DNA of 64,000 bases from NCBI GenBank assembly GCA_965204505.1, contig CBDBFB010000004.1:235449-299448 (forward strand), read 5' to 3'. This DNA is from an uncultured Candidatus Binatia bacterium (lineage in GTDB: Bacteria > Desulfobacterota > Binatia > UBA9968 > JAJDTQ01). The position numbers were made by a program, and so were the translations under genes. The notes beneath the pieces were generated by a model. The model did not search any database and had not been told where the DNA came from. It worked only from the letters and a program-made list of their open reading frames with translations. Of the stretch, positions 27,189 to 36,258 are shown in pieces (position 1 is the first letter of the stretch; every line of letters begins with the position of its first letter).

Positions 27189-27353
27189 CTAGTGTCGCGT
27201 CCCATGATTTCCTGGCATAAGTTGCGCAGGATTTTTTGTTGTCGGCAAGGCGCGATGACGAGCAGTGGCGGGTACCACGCGAGGAAGAGCAACGCAGCCG
27301 ACGGCGAAAAAGACAAGCAAATTATGCCAGGAAATCATGGGACGCGACACTAG
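27189..27353. mobile_element. MITE copy E1 (165 bp, 32-bp perfect terminal inverted repeats ctagtgtcgcgtcccatgatttcctggcataa)
   Basis: Internal 85 bp is reverse complement of the cores of copies at 31279-31443 and 36255-36419; sits between addB stop and addA start; no transposase ORF. Confidence 0.8.
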
Positions 27354-30300
27354 AGCCTCGTCCGCCGGATACTCGCCAACGCCTCCGCCGCGGGATGTGT
27401 GGCGGCGCGCGTGTTCGACGGAAAGTGATCCTTGCGGCAGATCTCCGATACCCGGCAGAAGCGGCAGTAGTCGTCGCTTGGCATTATCGGGAACTCACCG
27501 TCCCGGATGCCCCTGAGCAGGCGCGCCACCGTGTCGCGAATCTTCTCACCCTCGGACTCCCGCCACGAAGATCCCGTGAACGTATTCGCGACCAGCGGTC
27601 CTTCGTCCCAGCGGGGCGCGAGAAAGTACCAGGTAGCGTCGATGACCGCCCCGGCGGCCGCTTCCCTGCCCAATTCGTCACCGGCGGCCAGCAGCAGGTA
27701 GACGGGCAGTTGCAGTCGCCGTCCCTGCACTGCGGCGAGCACCGGGTTCCGGTCCACCGCCCCGGGTTCCTTGCCGCTCTTGTACTTGTAGTCGATGACC
27801 CGGTAGCGGTTGCCGCGCGCATGGTGGTCGATACGGTCGAGCCGGCCCTGAAGCGGGAGCCCGCGCAGGTCCTGCGGCCAGTCCGCGTCGAGCTCCGCGG
27901 TCAGGTTTTTCTCCAGCCCCACCGGGCGGAAGCCGGAGCCGGCCATTTCCTGCCGGTCCACCCGCACCGCCTCGCGCAGCATCGCGAGCATCTCCTCCTT
28001 GGCGGTTTCCCACGCCGCCGGGTAGCCCGTGGGGGCGCGTGTTTCGAAGGCGGACAACACCCCGGCGGCGGCGCCGTCGAGCCACTCGCGCCAGCCGTCC
28101 CCGAGGGCGCGGTCCAGGTCCTCGTAGAACGCCTGAAGGATTTCGTGACAGATCTGGCCCTGCTCCAGCGCCTGGACCGGCGCGGTCCACTCGGGCCGCT
28201 CCAGCCGTTCCAGTTGAAGCACGCGGCCGGCGAAGTACTGGAAGGGGCAGCGCCCGTAGGCCTCCAGCATCGTCGGCGAGATACGGCGTTCCAGGAGTTG
28301 GTCCCATGCTTCCGGCAGGGGGCCGGTGACGCCGTCGAACGGCCCCGGCACGCCGGCGGGGTCGTCGAGCGCGCGGATGGCCGCGAGGCTTCTCTCGAAG
28401 TTGTCCATGGATGCGCCGGCGATGCGCGCTTGCGGGCGCGGGTCCTCGCCGCTCAGCGCCCGCCGCACCGCCAGCTCTTCGGGCAGGAGCCACCGGGGGT
28501 CGTCAAAGGGCGGGGTGTCACGCTTGCCGAGGACGCTCTTGGGAATGGCGCGGGAGTCCGCGTCCGTGGCGGGAGCCAGTTCGCGGAGGTACCACGACGG
28601 CGCCAGCGCCCGTCCGGCCGAATCGGCCCGCGGCCACGTGCAACAGAGGCGCTCGCCGGCCGAACCCGACAGCAGGGCGAACAGCAGCTTCTCCTCGTCG
28701 TAGCCCGCCAGCTTCGAGGAGATCTTGTACCCCAGAACGGTTTCCAGCGTGCGCCGGGCACGGTCCGGCAGGAACGGGTCCTCGCGGATGGTGCGGGGAA
28801 ACACGCCTTCGTTCATGCCTACCAGGAAGAGGGCACGGAACGGGATGCCCCGAGCCGCCCCGGCATCCAACACCTGCACGCCGGGCATGGGAACACGCAC
28901 CAGCGGCACCGAGCCCCGGTCCAGGGCCTTGCGCAGGGCGGCGACGAAATCCGGCAGCGGCACCTTCCCGCCGACGGCGTCCAGGGCGGCCAAACCGTCG
29001 AAGGCATCTTCGAAGGCGCGGGCCACGTCGGCTTCGCCGTCGCCCGGGTCCGTGATGAGGAAGCGGTGGATGATCGCGCGCCAGCGGGCCGCGAGATCGG
29101 ACCAGGCGCCTTCCGGTGGCAGGGCGCTCAGAGCCGCGTGCAAGGCCTCGACGGTGTCCATCAGCGCGCCGATCTGCTCCGGCGCTACGCGGAGGCGCCG
29201 GCCTTCGTCCTCCTCGTCCACCAGGCTCAAGTCGAGTCCGGTGTCGCGGTAGCGTTCCAGGCGCCGCCACTCGCCCATGCCGCGGCCGATGCCCAGCCAC
29301 CGAGTGGCCACGTCCCACAGTTCGGGCCGGGGCTCGGCTGCGCCGCCCCGGACCTCGGCGAAGTTGAAGTGATGGGATGCCAACAGGTCGACGACGCCGG
29401 CGCGTGGATAGTCCCGGACCGGCAGGTCCAGCAGCGCCAGCACGGCCCGGACCCGCTGGAAGCGATTAAGCGGCTCCCGCGCGGGGGTGTGATAGGGGAT
29501 GCCGTGGGCGGGAAAGATCTCCCTGATCCAGGGAAGGTACGGGTCGAGGGTGCGCGCCACTACCCCCACGTGCCGGAAATCGAGACCTTCCTCCTCCGCC
29601 AGCCGTAGCGCCTGCTTGGCCACGGTCACGATCTCGTCCCGCGGACCGGCGCAGCTAAGGACCTCGCGCCGGGGCATGGGGCCGGCGCCGGTTTCCGCGT
29701 CGCCGTCCAGCAGGTCCACGACGTCGTCCGTCCCGGCAAGGCCGCGCAGGTAGCGGTCATGGAAGTCCTGGGCGAAGGACCAGTCCGGGTGTCCTTGGGC
29801 GAGCGGGTAGAAGAGGGTCACCGGGAAGCTGGCGGCAATGCTCCGGAAGAGCTCCAACTGCGTCTGGGTCAACTCGTAGAAGCCGTAGTAGCAGATGCGC
29901 TCGAATTGCCCGAGCCAGCGCGAGAGAGGCGCCTCGGCCGCCGCCTGGCCGTCGAGGTCCTGGTGGTCTCGGGCCTGCCATTCGGCGAAGCGGCGTGTCA
30001 CCTCCCGGTACAACACGAACAGATCGTACAGCGCGTCCCGGTCCCTGCCCGCGAAATGCCCTTCACGCACTGCCTCCAGCGCCGGCTCGGGATCTACCAT
30101 GGCGTCCTTGAGATCGCGCAGGCTCTGCCACAGCGCGGCGCACCCCCCGTCATTGTCCGCGATGCGCGCGAAACGCCCATGGCCGGGGAGCACGCGTTTC
30201 AGCGCCTCCTCCAGGAAGGTCTCGTCGCGGACCGAGGGTTCCGCCCCGCGCGCCTCCCGAAAGAGTTCCTTGGTGAGCTGGGAAAAGCTCAGGATGCGGA

Positions 30301-30478
30301 AGTTCAACAGGTGGAGGCCGTGTTCATGCGCCAGCAGGACCTTGACGCGCCGCCGCAGGGTCTCCGAGGGCACCACCAGCAGCAGCGGGGCGAGCGGGTC
30401 CCTCTCGCGGTGCTCCCGGATCTCCTCCGCAAGGGCGCCTTCCAGTTGGGGGTGGTAGGGACCAAGAACGATTTTCAT
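27350..30478 (-). CDS. addB: AddB-like PD-(D/E)XK nuclease/helicase subunit with C-terminal Fe-S Cys cluster
   Basis: Start MKIVLGPYHP at 30476-30478; C-terminal RVIDYKYKSGK nuclease motif and CRFCRVSEIC cluster; stop TAG lies inside MITE E1 terminus; N-terminal 240-aa extension in ORF track rejected (overlaps MBL gene on other strand). Confidence 0.75.
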   Translation of the reverse strand: MKIVLGPYHPQLEGALAEEIREHRERDPLAPLLLVVPSETLRRRVKVLLAHEHGLHLLNFRILSFSQLTKELFREARGAEPSVRDETFLEEALKRVLPGHGRFARIADNDGGCAALWQSLRDLKDAMVDPEPALEAVREGHFAGRDRDALYDLFVLYREVTRRFAEWQARDHQDLDGQAAAEAPLSRWLGQFERICYYGFYELTQTQLELFRSIAASFPVTLFYPLAQGHPDWSFAQDFHDRYLRGLAGTDDVVDLLDGDAETGAGPMPRREVLSCAGPRDEIVTVAKQALRLAEEEGLDFRHVGVVARTLDPYLPWIREIFPAHGIPYHTPAREPLNRFQRVRAVLALLDLPVRDYPRAGVVDLLASHHFNFAEVRGGAAEPRPELWDVATRWLGIGRGMGEWRRLERYRDTGLDLSLVDEEDEGRRLRVAPEQIGALMDTVEALHAALSALPPEGAWSDLAARWRAIIHRFLITDPGDGEADVARAFEDAFDGLAALDAVGGKVPLPDFVAALRKALDRGSVPLVRVPMPGVQVLDAGAARGIPFRALFLVGMNEGVFPRTIREDPFLPDRARRTLETVLGYKISSKLAGYDEEKLLFALLSGSAGERLCCTWPRADSAGRALAPSWYLRELAPATDADSRAIPKSVLGKRDTPPFDDPRWLLPEELAVRRALSGEDPRPQARIAGASMDNFERSLAAIRALDDPAGVPGPFDGVTGPLPEAWDQLLERRISPTMLEAYGRCPFQYFAGRVLQLERLERPEWTAPVQALEQGQICHEILQAFYEDLDRALGDGWREWLDGAAAGVLSAFETRAPTGYPAAWETAKEEMLAMLREAVRVDRQEMAGSGFRPVGLEKNLTAELDADWPQDLRGLPLQGRLDRIDHHARGNRYRVIDYKYKSGKEPGAVDRNPVLAAVQGRRLQLPVYLLLAAGDELGREAAAGAVIDATWYFLAPRWDEGPLVANTFTGSSWRESEGEKIRDTVARLLRGIRDGEFPIMPSDDYCRFCRVSEICRKDHFPSNTRAATHPAAEALASIRRTRL

Positions 30479-30559
30479 GGCGCAGCCGGAATCTCCGAGA
30501 AATTTGGCAGACCCGGCACGCGTTGCCAAGGTCAATCCGGCGCTGCTAATCTCCGCCCC

Positions 30560-31282
30560 GTGAGAGTCCATTTTCTCGGCTCCGGCGATGCCTTCGGCAG
30601 CGGCGGCCGCAACCAGACCGCCTATCTTCTGGAGGACCACTCGCGCCTTCATCTCCTCGACTGCGGGCCGTCCACGCTGCCGGCCTTCAGGCGCGCCGGT
30701 CTGGACCCGGCGGCGCTGGACGCCGTGATCCTGAGCCACCTCCACGGCGACCACTTCGGCGGCTTGCCCTTCTTCTTCATCCACTACCTGTATGATCGGC
30801 CCCGGAGCCGTCCGCTGGAGGTGGCGGGCCCGCCCGGCACCGAAAGGCGCGTGCGCGATCTCATGAGGCTGATGTACGGGGAGAAGGCGCTGTCCTTCGT
30901 CGCCTTCGTCGAGCTGGTGCCGGACGCCGTCACCGCCGTGGCCGGGGCCGAGGTGCTGGCCTTCCGTGTTCCGCACCAGACCGACGCCGTCTCCCTCGGA
31001 CTCAGGGTCACGGTGGCGGGACGCACGGTGCTCTTCTCCGGCGATTCGAGCTGGACGGACCAGTTCATCACCCACAGCCGGGGCGCCGACCTGTTCATCT
31101 GCGAGTGCTGCCACTACGACGCCCCGTCCCCCTCGCACATGAGCTATGTGGAGATCGCCGCGCGCCGGGAACGCCTGGAGTGCAAGCGGCTCATCCTGAC
31201 CCACATGGGCGAGGAGATGCTGGCCCGGCGCGGGTCGTTGCCGGTCGCCACCGCGGAGGACGGCCTGGTGTTGGAAGTCTAG
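30560..31282 (+). CDS. MBL-fold metallo-hydrolase
   Basis: HLHGDH motif, N-terminal VHFLGSGDAFGSGG; GTG start at 30560 (uncertain); stop TAG coincides with CTAG terminus of MITE E2. Confidence 0.6.
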   Translation: MRVHFLGSGDAFGSGGRNQTAYLLEDHSRLHLLDCGPSTLPAFRRAGLDPAALDAVILSHLHGDHFGGLPFFFIHYLYDRPRSRPLEVAGPPGTERRVRDLMRLMYGEKALSFVAFVELVPDAVTAVAGAEVLAFRVPHQTDAVSLGLRVTVAGRTVLFSGDSSWTDQFITHSRGADLFICECCHYDAPSPSHMSYVEIAARRERLECKRLILTHMGEEMLARRGSLPVATAEDGLVLEV

Positions 31283-31443
31283 TGTCCTGTCCCACGTAAT
31301 TCATTACCGATATGCTTGTCTTTCTTGTCGTCGGCTGCGTTGCTCTTCCTCGCGTGGTGCCCGCCACTGCTCGTCATCGCGCCTTACCGACCACAAGAAA
31401 TCCTGCGCATCTTGGTAAAGAATTACGTGGGACAGGACACTAG
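31279..31443. mobile_element. MITE copy E2 (165 bp, 24-bp TIR ctagtgtcctgtcccacgtaattc)
   Basis: Near-identical to copy E3; same internal core as E1. Confidence 0.85.
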
Positions 31444-31644
31444 GGCAGGCTGGGGCGCGTCCCGGAAATCAGTTGACGGCGGGCGGACGTGATTCGTGCC
31501 CTGGATCGACCACCCGTCCCTTGCGCGAAGCACGACGCGCGGTCCTGCTGCAACCGTCTCCTGATTTCAGGGACGCGCCCCAGCCTGCCCCCGCCGCAGC
31601 GCCCAAAACTTGACATCCCGCCGTGCGTCTCCTACAACCCCGCC

Positions 31645-31929
31645 ATGCCTAGAGTCACTTTCATGCCGCTGGGGCAGAGCTTCGAGGTCGAGGACGGCAC
31701 CACCATCCTGGTGGCGGCGATACGCAACGGCGTCAAGCTTCGCCACGACTGCACCGAAGCCATCTGCGGTACCGACAAGGTGAAGATCCTGGCGGGCGAG
31801 AACAACCTGAGCCCCATGGACGACAACGAGGAGCTCACGCTGTCCATGCTCGAGTCGGACGCCGCGGACCGCCTGGGATGCGTGGCCAAGGTGCTCGGTG
31901 ACGTGATCGTGGAGATTCCCGCCGAGTAG
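31645..31929 (+). CDS. Small ferredoxin-like (beta-grasp, possible 2Fe-2S) protein
   Basis: 94 aa MPRVTFMPLGQSFEVEDGTTIL... with HDCTEAICG; only three Cys so cluster type uncertain. Confidence 0.35.
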   Translation: MPRVTFMPLGQSFEVEDGTTILVAAIRNGVKLRHDCTEAICGTDKVKILAGENNLSPMDDNEELTLSMLESDAADRLGCVAKVLGDVIVEIPAE

Positions 31930-31960
31930 CCCCCATGTCGACGACAACCTGGAGGCCCAA

Positions 31961-32815
31961 ATGAGCAGAGTCAAGGAAGCTCTCGACCGCAAGGGAACCC
32001 TGGTCATGCCCGGGGTCTACGACGCCCTGAGCGCGCGCATTGCCGAGCGCGCCGGCTTCGACGTCATCTTCACCACCGGCTACGGCATCTCGGCGACGCT
32101 GTTGGGGGAGCCGGACTTCGGCATCCTGACCCAGAGCGAGATGCTGAGCACCATCTACCGCATCTGTGGGGCGGTGCCCACGCCGGTCATCGTGGACTCG
32201 GACACCGGCTACGGCAACGCAGTGAACGTGGTCCGCACCGTCACCGAGCTCAAGCGGGCGGGGGCGGCCGGCATGTTCCTGGAAGACCAGATCTGGCCCA
32301 AGCGCTGCGGCCACATGAGGGGCAAGCAGGTGGTGCGGCTGGACGAGTATCTCAAGAAGCTCAACGCCGCGGTGGGCGCGAGGGAAGACGGCGACCTCTT
32401 TATCGTGGCGCGCACCGACGCCCGCCAGGCCCTGGGCCTGGACGAGGCCATCCGGCGCGGCATCGCCTTCAAGGAGAACGGCGCCGACGCGGTGTTCATC
32501 GAGGCGCCGGAGACCCGCGAGGAGATGCGGGAGATCGCCCGCAACATCCCGGGGCCGCTGGTGGCCAACATGATCGAGCGCGGGGTCACGCCGCTGATGA
32601 CGCCGGCGGAGCTGGCGGATCTGGGTTTCGCGCTGATCGTCTGGCCCGTGGGTCCGCTCTACTCCGCGGCCATGGCCCTCAAGAACTACTACTCCAACCT
32701 CAGGGAGCAGGGCACCGGCGAGGCCCTCATGGACCGGCTGCTGCCGTTTGACGAGTTTCACCAGATCGTGGGGCTGGAGGAGAAGTACGCTCTGGACGAA
32801 AAGTACCGGACGTGA
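31961..32815 (+). CDS. Isocitrate lyase/PEP mutase superfamily enzyme (2-methylisocitrate lyase / carboxy-PEP mutase, PrpB-like)
   Basis: KRCGH catalytic motif, DSDTGYG, EDQ blocks; ATG after GGAGG. Confidence 0.8.
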   Translation: MSRVKEALDRKGTLVMPGVYDALSARIAERAGFDVIFTTGYGISATLLGEPDFGILTQSEMLSTIYRICGAVPTPVIVDSDTGYGNAVNVVRTVTELKRAGAAGMFLEDQIWPKRCGHMRGKQVVRLDEYLKKLNAAVGAREDGDLFIVARTDARQALGLDEAIRRGIAFKENGADAVFIEAPETREEMREIARNIPGPLVANMIERGVTPLMTPAELADLGFALIVWPVGPLYSAAMALKNYYSNLREQGTGEALMDRLLPFDEFHQIVGLEEKYALDEKYRT

Positions 32816-33749
32816 GGTCCTCCCTCAGCGGTAGCGGAGTCATGACCCCGTCCGGCAGGTCCAGCAGCAGCCGGCGCAACTCTCTCAGGTCGGCTTTCAG
32901 GTTCAAGCCGGCGATCTGGCCCATGAGGTCCGTCATGAGCCGGGCGTCGTCCGCGACGCCGTAACGGTGGACCTGGAAGTAGGCCTTCCCTTCGCTCACA
33001 CCCACCTTGGCGTGCTGGTAGAGCACCCGCACGGGCGTGCCTTTCGGCACCCGTGGATACAGGTAGGCGATGTCCTCGGGATACAAGCGAATGCAGCCGT
33101 GGGTCACGCGGCGGCCGATGGCCCAGGGGTTGTTGGTGCCGTGGATGCCGTAGGTGGTGTGGGACAGCCGCATCCAGTATTTGCCCAGCGGGTTGTCCGG
33201 TCCCGGCGGGACCACCTTGCGCGGCACCTCCATCTCCGCCTGGATCGATTTCGGTACGTACCAGGTGGGGTTCGTGCGCTTCTGCCCGACTCGATAGGTC
33301 CCGTCCGGCGTGTTCTGGCCCTCCCTGCCCACCCCGAGCGGGAAGGTCATCACTCTTGAATCGGGCAGGTAGTAGTAGAGCCGCATCTCGGGAATGTTGA
33401 GAACGAGTCCCTCCCTCGGGGCGTCGGGAAGAATCCACCGGGAGGGGAGGGTGACCCACGTGCCTTCGCCGGGGAGCCAGGGGTCGACGCCGGGGTTGGC
33501 CCGTTTCAACTCCCGGTAGCCGAGGTGATACAGGCGGGCGATGTCGAGGAGGGTGTCCTTGTGCTCGGCCACGTGTATCCCCGGGAGGCCGATGATGGTG
33601 GAAGCGGCGTCCGGGTCCGCGGCCTCGGTTTCCGGGGGCTCCCGATATTCGAAGACGGTAGTGGCCGGCGTCCACTCGTACGCCAACGCGGGCAGCCCCA
33701 ACGCCGCCAGCCCAACGGCCATCAACACCCCCAGAGACATTCCCTTCAT
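32727..33749 (-). CDS. L,D-transpeptidase (YkuD domain) with LysM-like domain, secreted
   Basis: Signal peptide MKGMSLGVLMAVGLAALGLPALA; HGTNNPWAIGRRVTHGCIRL catalytic His/Cys motif; 3-prime end overlaps convergent PrpB-like gene by 89 nt. Confidence 0.75.
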   Translation of the reverse strand: MKGMSLGVLMAVGLAALGLPALAYEWTPATTVFEYREPPETEAADPDAASTIIGLPGIHVAEHKDTLLDIARLYHLGYRELKRANPGVDPWLPGEGTWVTLPSRWILPDAPREGLVLNIPEMRLYYYLPDSRVMTFPLGVGREGQNTPDGTYRVGQKRTNPTWYVPKSIQAEMEVPRKVVPPGPDNPLGKYWMRLSHTTYGIHGTNNPWAIGRRVTHGCIRLYPEDIAYLYPRVPKGTPVRVLYQHAKVGVSEGKAYFQVHRYGVADDARLMTDLMGQIAGLNLKADLRELRRLLLDLPDGVMTPLPLREDLTSGTFRPERTSPPAPRSGETRQTAAAGP

Positions 33750-33901
33750 CGCACCCCCCTGCTGGGATCGTACCGGCTACGGAAACCCCGCCTCGCGCGG
33801 ACCCTGAAATGCCCGGCTCGGTTCGAGCTCCCAAGGACGGTTGAAATGTGTAGCCCCGGATTATACCATCTTTTGCGCACACCGTTTAGAAAGGACCGCA
33901 A

Positions 33902-34765
33902 ATGCCGTTCGTCGCCGCGATGGCCGCAAGCCACGCACCCAACATGCTGCTCGATCCGGGCGCCGAGTGGGAGGAGTTCATGAAGCTCCACTACCGCATG
34001 GCGCCGCAGGCGGCCGGCGGGAAGCCTTCCCTGGAGACGCAGCAGAAGCTGCGCGAGGACGCGGAGGGCGCCTTTTCCGTGCTTCGCGCCGACATGGAAG
34101 CCGCCCGGCCCGACGTCCTGATCGTGGTCGCCAACGACCAGTTCGTGAACTTCTTCTTCGACAACATACCGACCTTCTTCGTCACCCTGGCGGACGAGGT
34201 CCGCGGCCGGTTCACCCGCTACGACTTCCACTACCGGAATCACCCCGAGCTGGGGCGGGCCATCCTGGAGGCCGGCGTGGCAGCCGGGCTGGACCTGTCC
34301 TTCGGCGAGGACATCGAGCTGCAGCACACGCAGATGGTGCCGCTCCACTTTCTGCTCCCGGAGCCCGAAATCCCCATCCTGCCCATTTTCGTCAACACCT
34401 GGATCGACCCGCTGCCGACACCTGCCCGGTGCTACGCGCTGGGAGGCCTCATCCGGCAGGTGGCGGACGCCGCCGCCGAGCGGGTGGCCATCCTCGCCAC
34501 CGGCGGCCTGTCGCACTTCCCGGGCTCGCCGCGCATCGGCGAGATCGACACCAGCTTCGATGAAGGGCTACTCCGGCAGATGCGCGCCGGCGAGGGCCCC
34601 GCGTTGGCCGGCCTGACCCTGGAGGAGTTGCGGCAGTCGGGAAACTCCGAGTTCCTGAACTGGATGGTCACCATCGGCGCCGTCAGCGACACTCCGGCCT
34701 CCGCCACCTTCTACATGCCCGACCACGTCGCCACCGGGTGGGGGTTCGTGAGCTGGAAGCTCTGA
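33902..34765 (+). CDS. Class III extradiol ring-cleavage dioxygenase catalytic subunit (LigB family)
   Basis: N-terminal AASHAPNM, later HTQMVPLHFL and ATGGLSHFPG blocks typical of LigB/DODA. Confidence 0.75.
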   Translation: MPFVAAMAASHAPNMLLDPGAEWEEFMKLHYRMAPQAAGGKPSLETQQKLREDAEGAFSVLRADMEAARPDVLIVVANDQFVNFFFDNIPTFFVTLADEVRGRFTRYDFHYRNHPELGRAILEAGVAAGLDLSFGEDIELQHTQMVPLHFLLPEPEIPILPIFVNTWIDPLPTPARCYALGGLIRQVADAAAERVAILATGGLSHFPGSPRIGEIDTSFDEGLLRQMRAGEGPALAGLTLEELRQSGNSEFLNWMVTIGAVSDTPASATFYMPDHVATGWGFVSWKL

Positions 34766-34808
34766 TTCGCGGACCCGCGGGCCGGCACCAGGAACACGGG
34801 AGCATCGC

Positions 34809-35054
34809 ATGAGCCGCTACCATCTGAACCGGTTTCTCTTCGACCTCAAGATGAAGCCGGCCACCCTGGACCGGGCGCGCGTCGACCTGGACGGGGCCTT
34901 GTCGGGCTATGACCTGAGCGCGGAGGAGATCGCCGCCGTCAAGAGCGGAGATCCGCGGCAGTTGAGGCCGCTGGGCGCCCACGGCATGCTGTCGCTGTAC
35001 CTGATGCGGCTGGACTCGGAGTTCGACGACAACATCTACTGGACACAGAAGTGA
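34809..35054 (+). CDS. LigA-like small subunit of aromatic ring-opening dioxygenase
   Basis: 81 aa MSRYHLNRFLFDLKMKP... resembles LigA N-terminus; located downstream of LigB-like gene (order reversed from canonical ligAB). Confidence 0.5.
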   Translation: MSRYHLNRFLFDLKMKPATLDRARVDLDGALSGYDLSAEEIAAVKSGDPRQLRPLGAHGMLSLYLMRLDSEFDDNIYWTQK

Positions 35055-35126
35055 AGGCGGGCGTCCGCCGGCACGCCGCCCGAAGGCGGGCGCGGCGGAT
35101 GCGGTAACCTAGAAAGAGGAGCTTGG

Positions 35127-35918
35127 ATGGACCTGGGACTGGCAGGCAAGGTGGCGCTGGTGGGCGGCGCGAGTCAGGGGATGGGAAAGGCGATCGCCAA
35201 GGGTTTCGCCGCGGAGGGGGCGAAGGTGAGTATTTGCGCCCGCGGCGGCGAGGCGCTGGAACGCGCCGCGGACGAGATCCGGAAAGAGACGGGGGGCGAG
35301 GTTCTCGCCACCGTCGCGGACATGTCCAAGTACGATGATATACGGAACTTCGTCGACAAGAGCGTCGACGCCTTCGGGCGGGTCGACGTCATCGTGAACA
35401 ACGCCGGCGGACCGCCGTTCGGCGCGTTCGATGCGTTGAGCGAGGACGACTGGAGCGCGGCCTACAACCTGAGCCTCATGGGCACGGTCAGGCTGACGCG
35501 CGAGGCGGTGCCGCACATGAAGAAGGTGGGGGCGGGGCGCATCATCAACATCACCTCCTACGGCATCAAGGAGCCCATTCCCAACCTGATCCTGTCGAAC
35601 ACGTTCCGCACCGGCGTGGTGGGATGGACCAAGACGCTGTCGCGCGAGCTGGCGCCCGACAACATCCTCATCAACACGGTGATGCCCGGACGCATCGACA
35701 CCGAGCGCCATCACAACCTCAACGTGGCGCGGGCCAAGCGGCTCAACCTGCCGCTGGAGCAGGTTCAGGAACAGAGCAGGGCGGAGATCGCCCTGGGCCG
35801 TTTCGGGCAGTCCGAGGAAGTCGCCGACCTGGTCGTGTTCCTCGGCTCCGACCGCGCGAGCTACATCACGGGGACGGCGCTCCTGATCGACGGCGGGCTG
35901 GTCAGGACACTCATGTAG
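35127..35918 (+). CDS. SDR-family oxidoreductase (3-oxoacyl-ACP reductase-like)
   Basis: GGASQGMGKA glycine motif, NNAG, YxxxK (YGIKE?) region; ATG after GAGGAG. Confidence 0.85.
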   Translation: MDLGLAGKVALVGGASQGMGKAIAKGFAAEGAKVSICARGGEALERAADEIRKETGGEVLATVADMSKYDDIRNFVDKSVDAFGRVDVIVNNAGGPPFGAFDALSEDDWSAAYNLSLMGTVRLTREAVPHMKKVGAGRIINITSYGIKEPIPNLILSNTFRTGVVGWTKTLSRELAPDNILINTVMPGRIDTERHHNLNVARAKRLNLPLEQVQEQSRAEIALGRFGQSEEVADLVVFLGSDRASYITGTALLIDGGLVRTLM

Positions 35919-35928
35919 GGAGGCGATC

Positions 35929-36258
35929 ATGGTCACCTATGTCGTTCAGTGGGACCTGCCCGACCAGAAGGCGAACCTGACGATCTACAGCAACAAGGCC
36001 AAGAACGACTGGCTGCCCATGACGCTGGCGGCGCCCGGGGTCAAGGAAATCCGCAATCTCCGAAACCCGCTGGAGGTGAGCCCCCAGGTCGCCATCATGA
36101 TCGAGTTCGATACCCCGCAGGCGTGGGAGAGCTACATCGAGTCGCAGGACTACATCCGCATCATGCGCGAGCTGAGAATCCTCGGCTGCACCAACTTCAA
36201 CGCCCAGGTCTGGTTCCCGTCCCGCTACTTCCCGGAATCGCTCAAGCCGGGGAACTAG
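35929..36258 (+). CDS. Hypothetical protein (109 aa)
   Basis: ATG after GGGAGG, coupled to SDR stop; stop TAG coincides with CTAG terminus of MITE E3. Confidence 0.45.
   Translation: MVTYVVQWDLPDQKANLTIYSNKAKNDWLPMTLAAPGVKEIRNLRNPLEVSPQVAIMIEFDTPQAWESYIESQDYIRIMRELRILGCTNFNAQVWFPSRYFPESLKPGN

Noticed and set aside
31645-31929. Calling the 94-aa protein a bona fide 2Fe-2S ferredoxin
   Set aside because: It has only three cysteines and one histidine in the candidate ligand region. It is kept as a low-confidence ferredoxin-like CDS.
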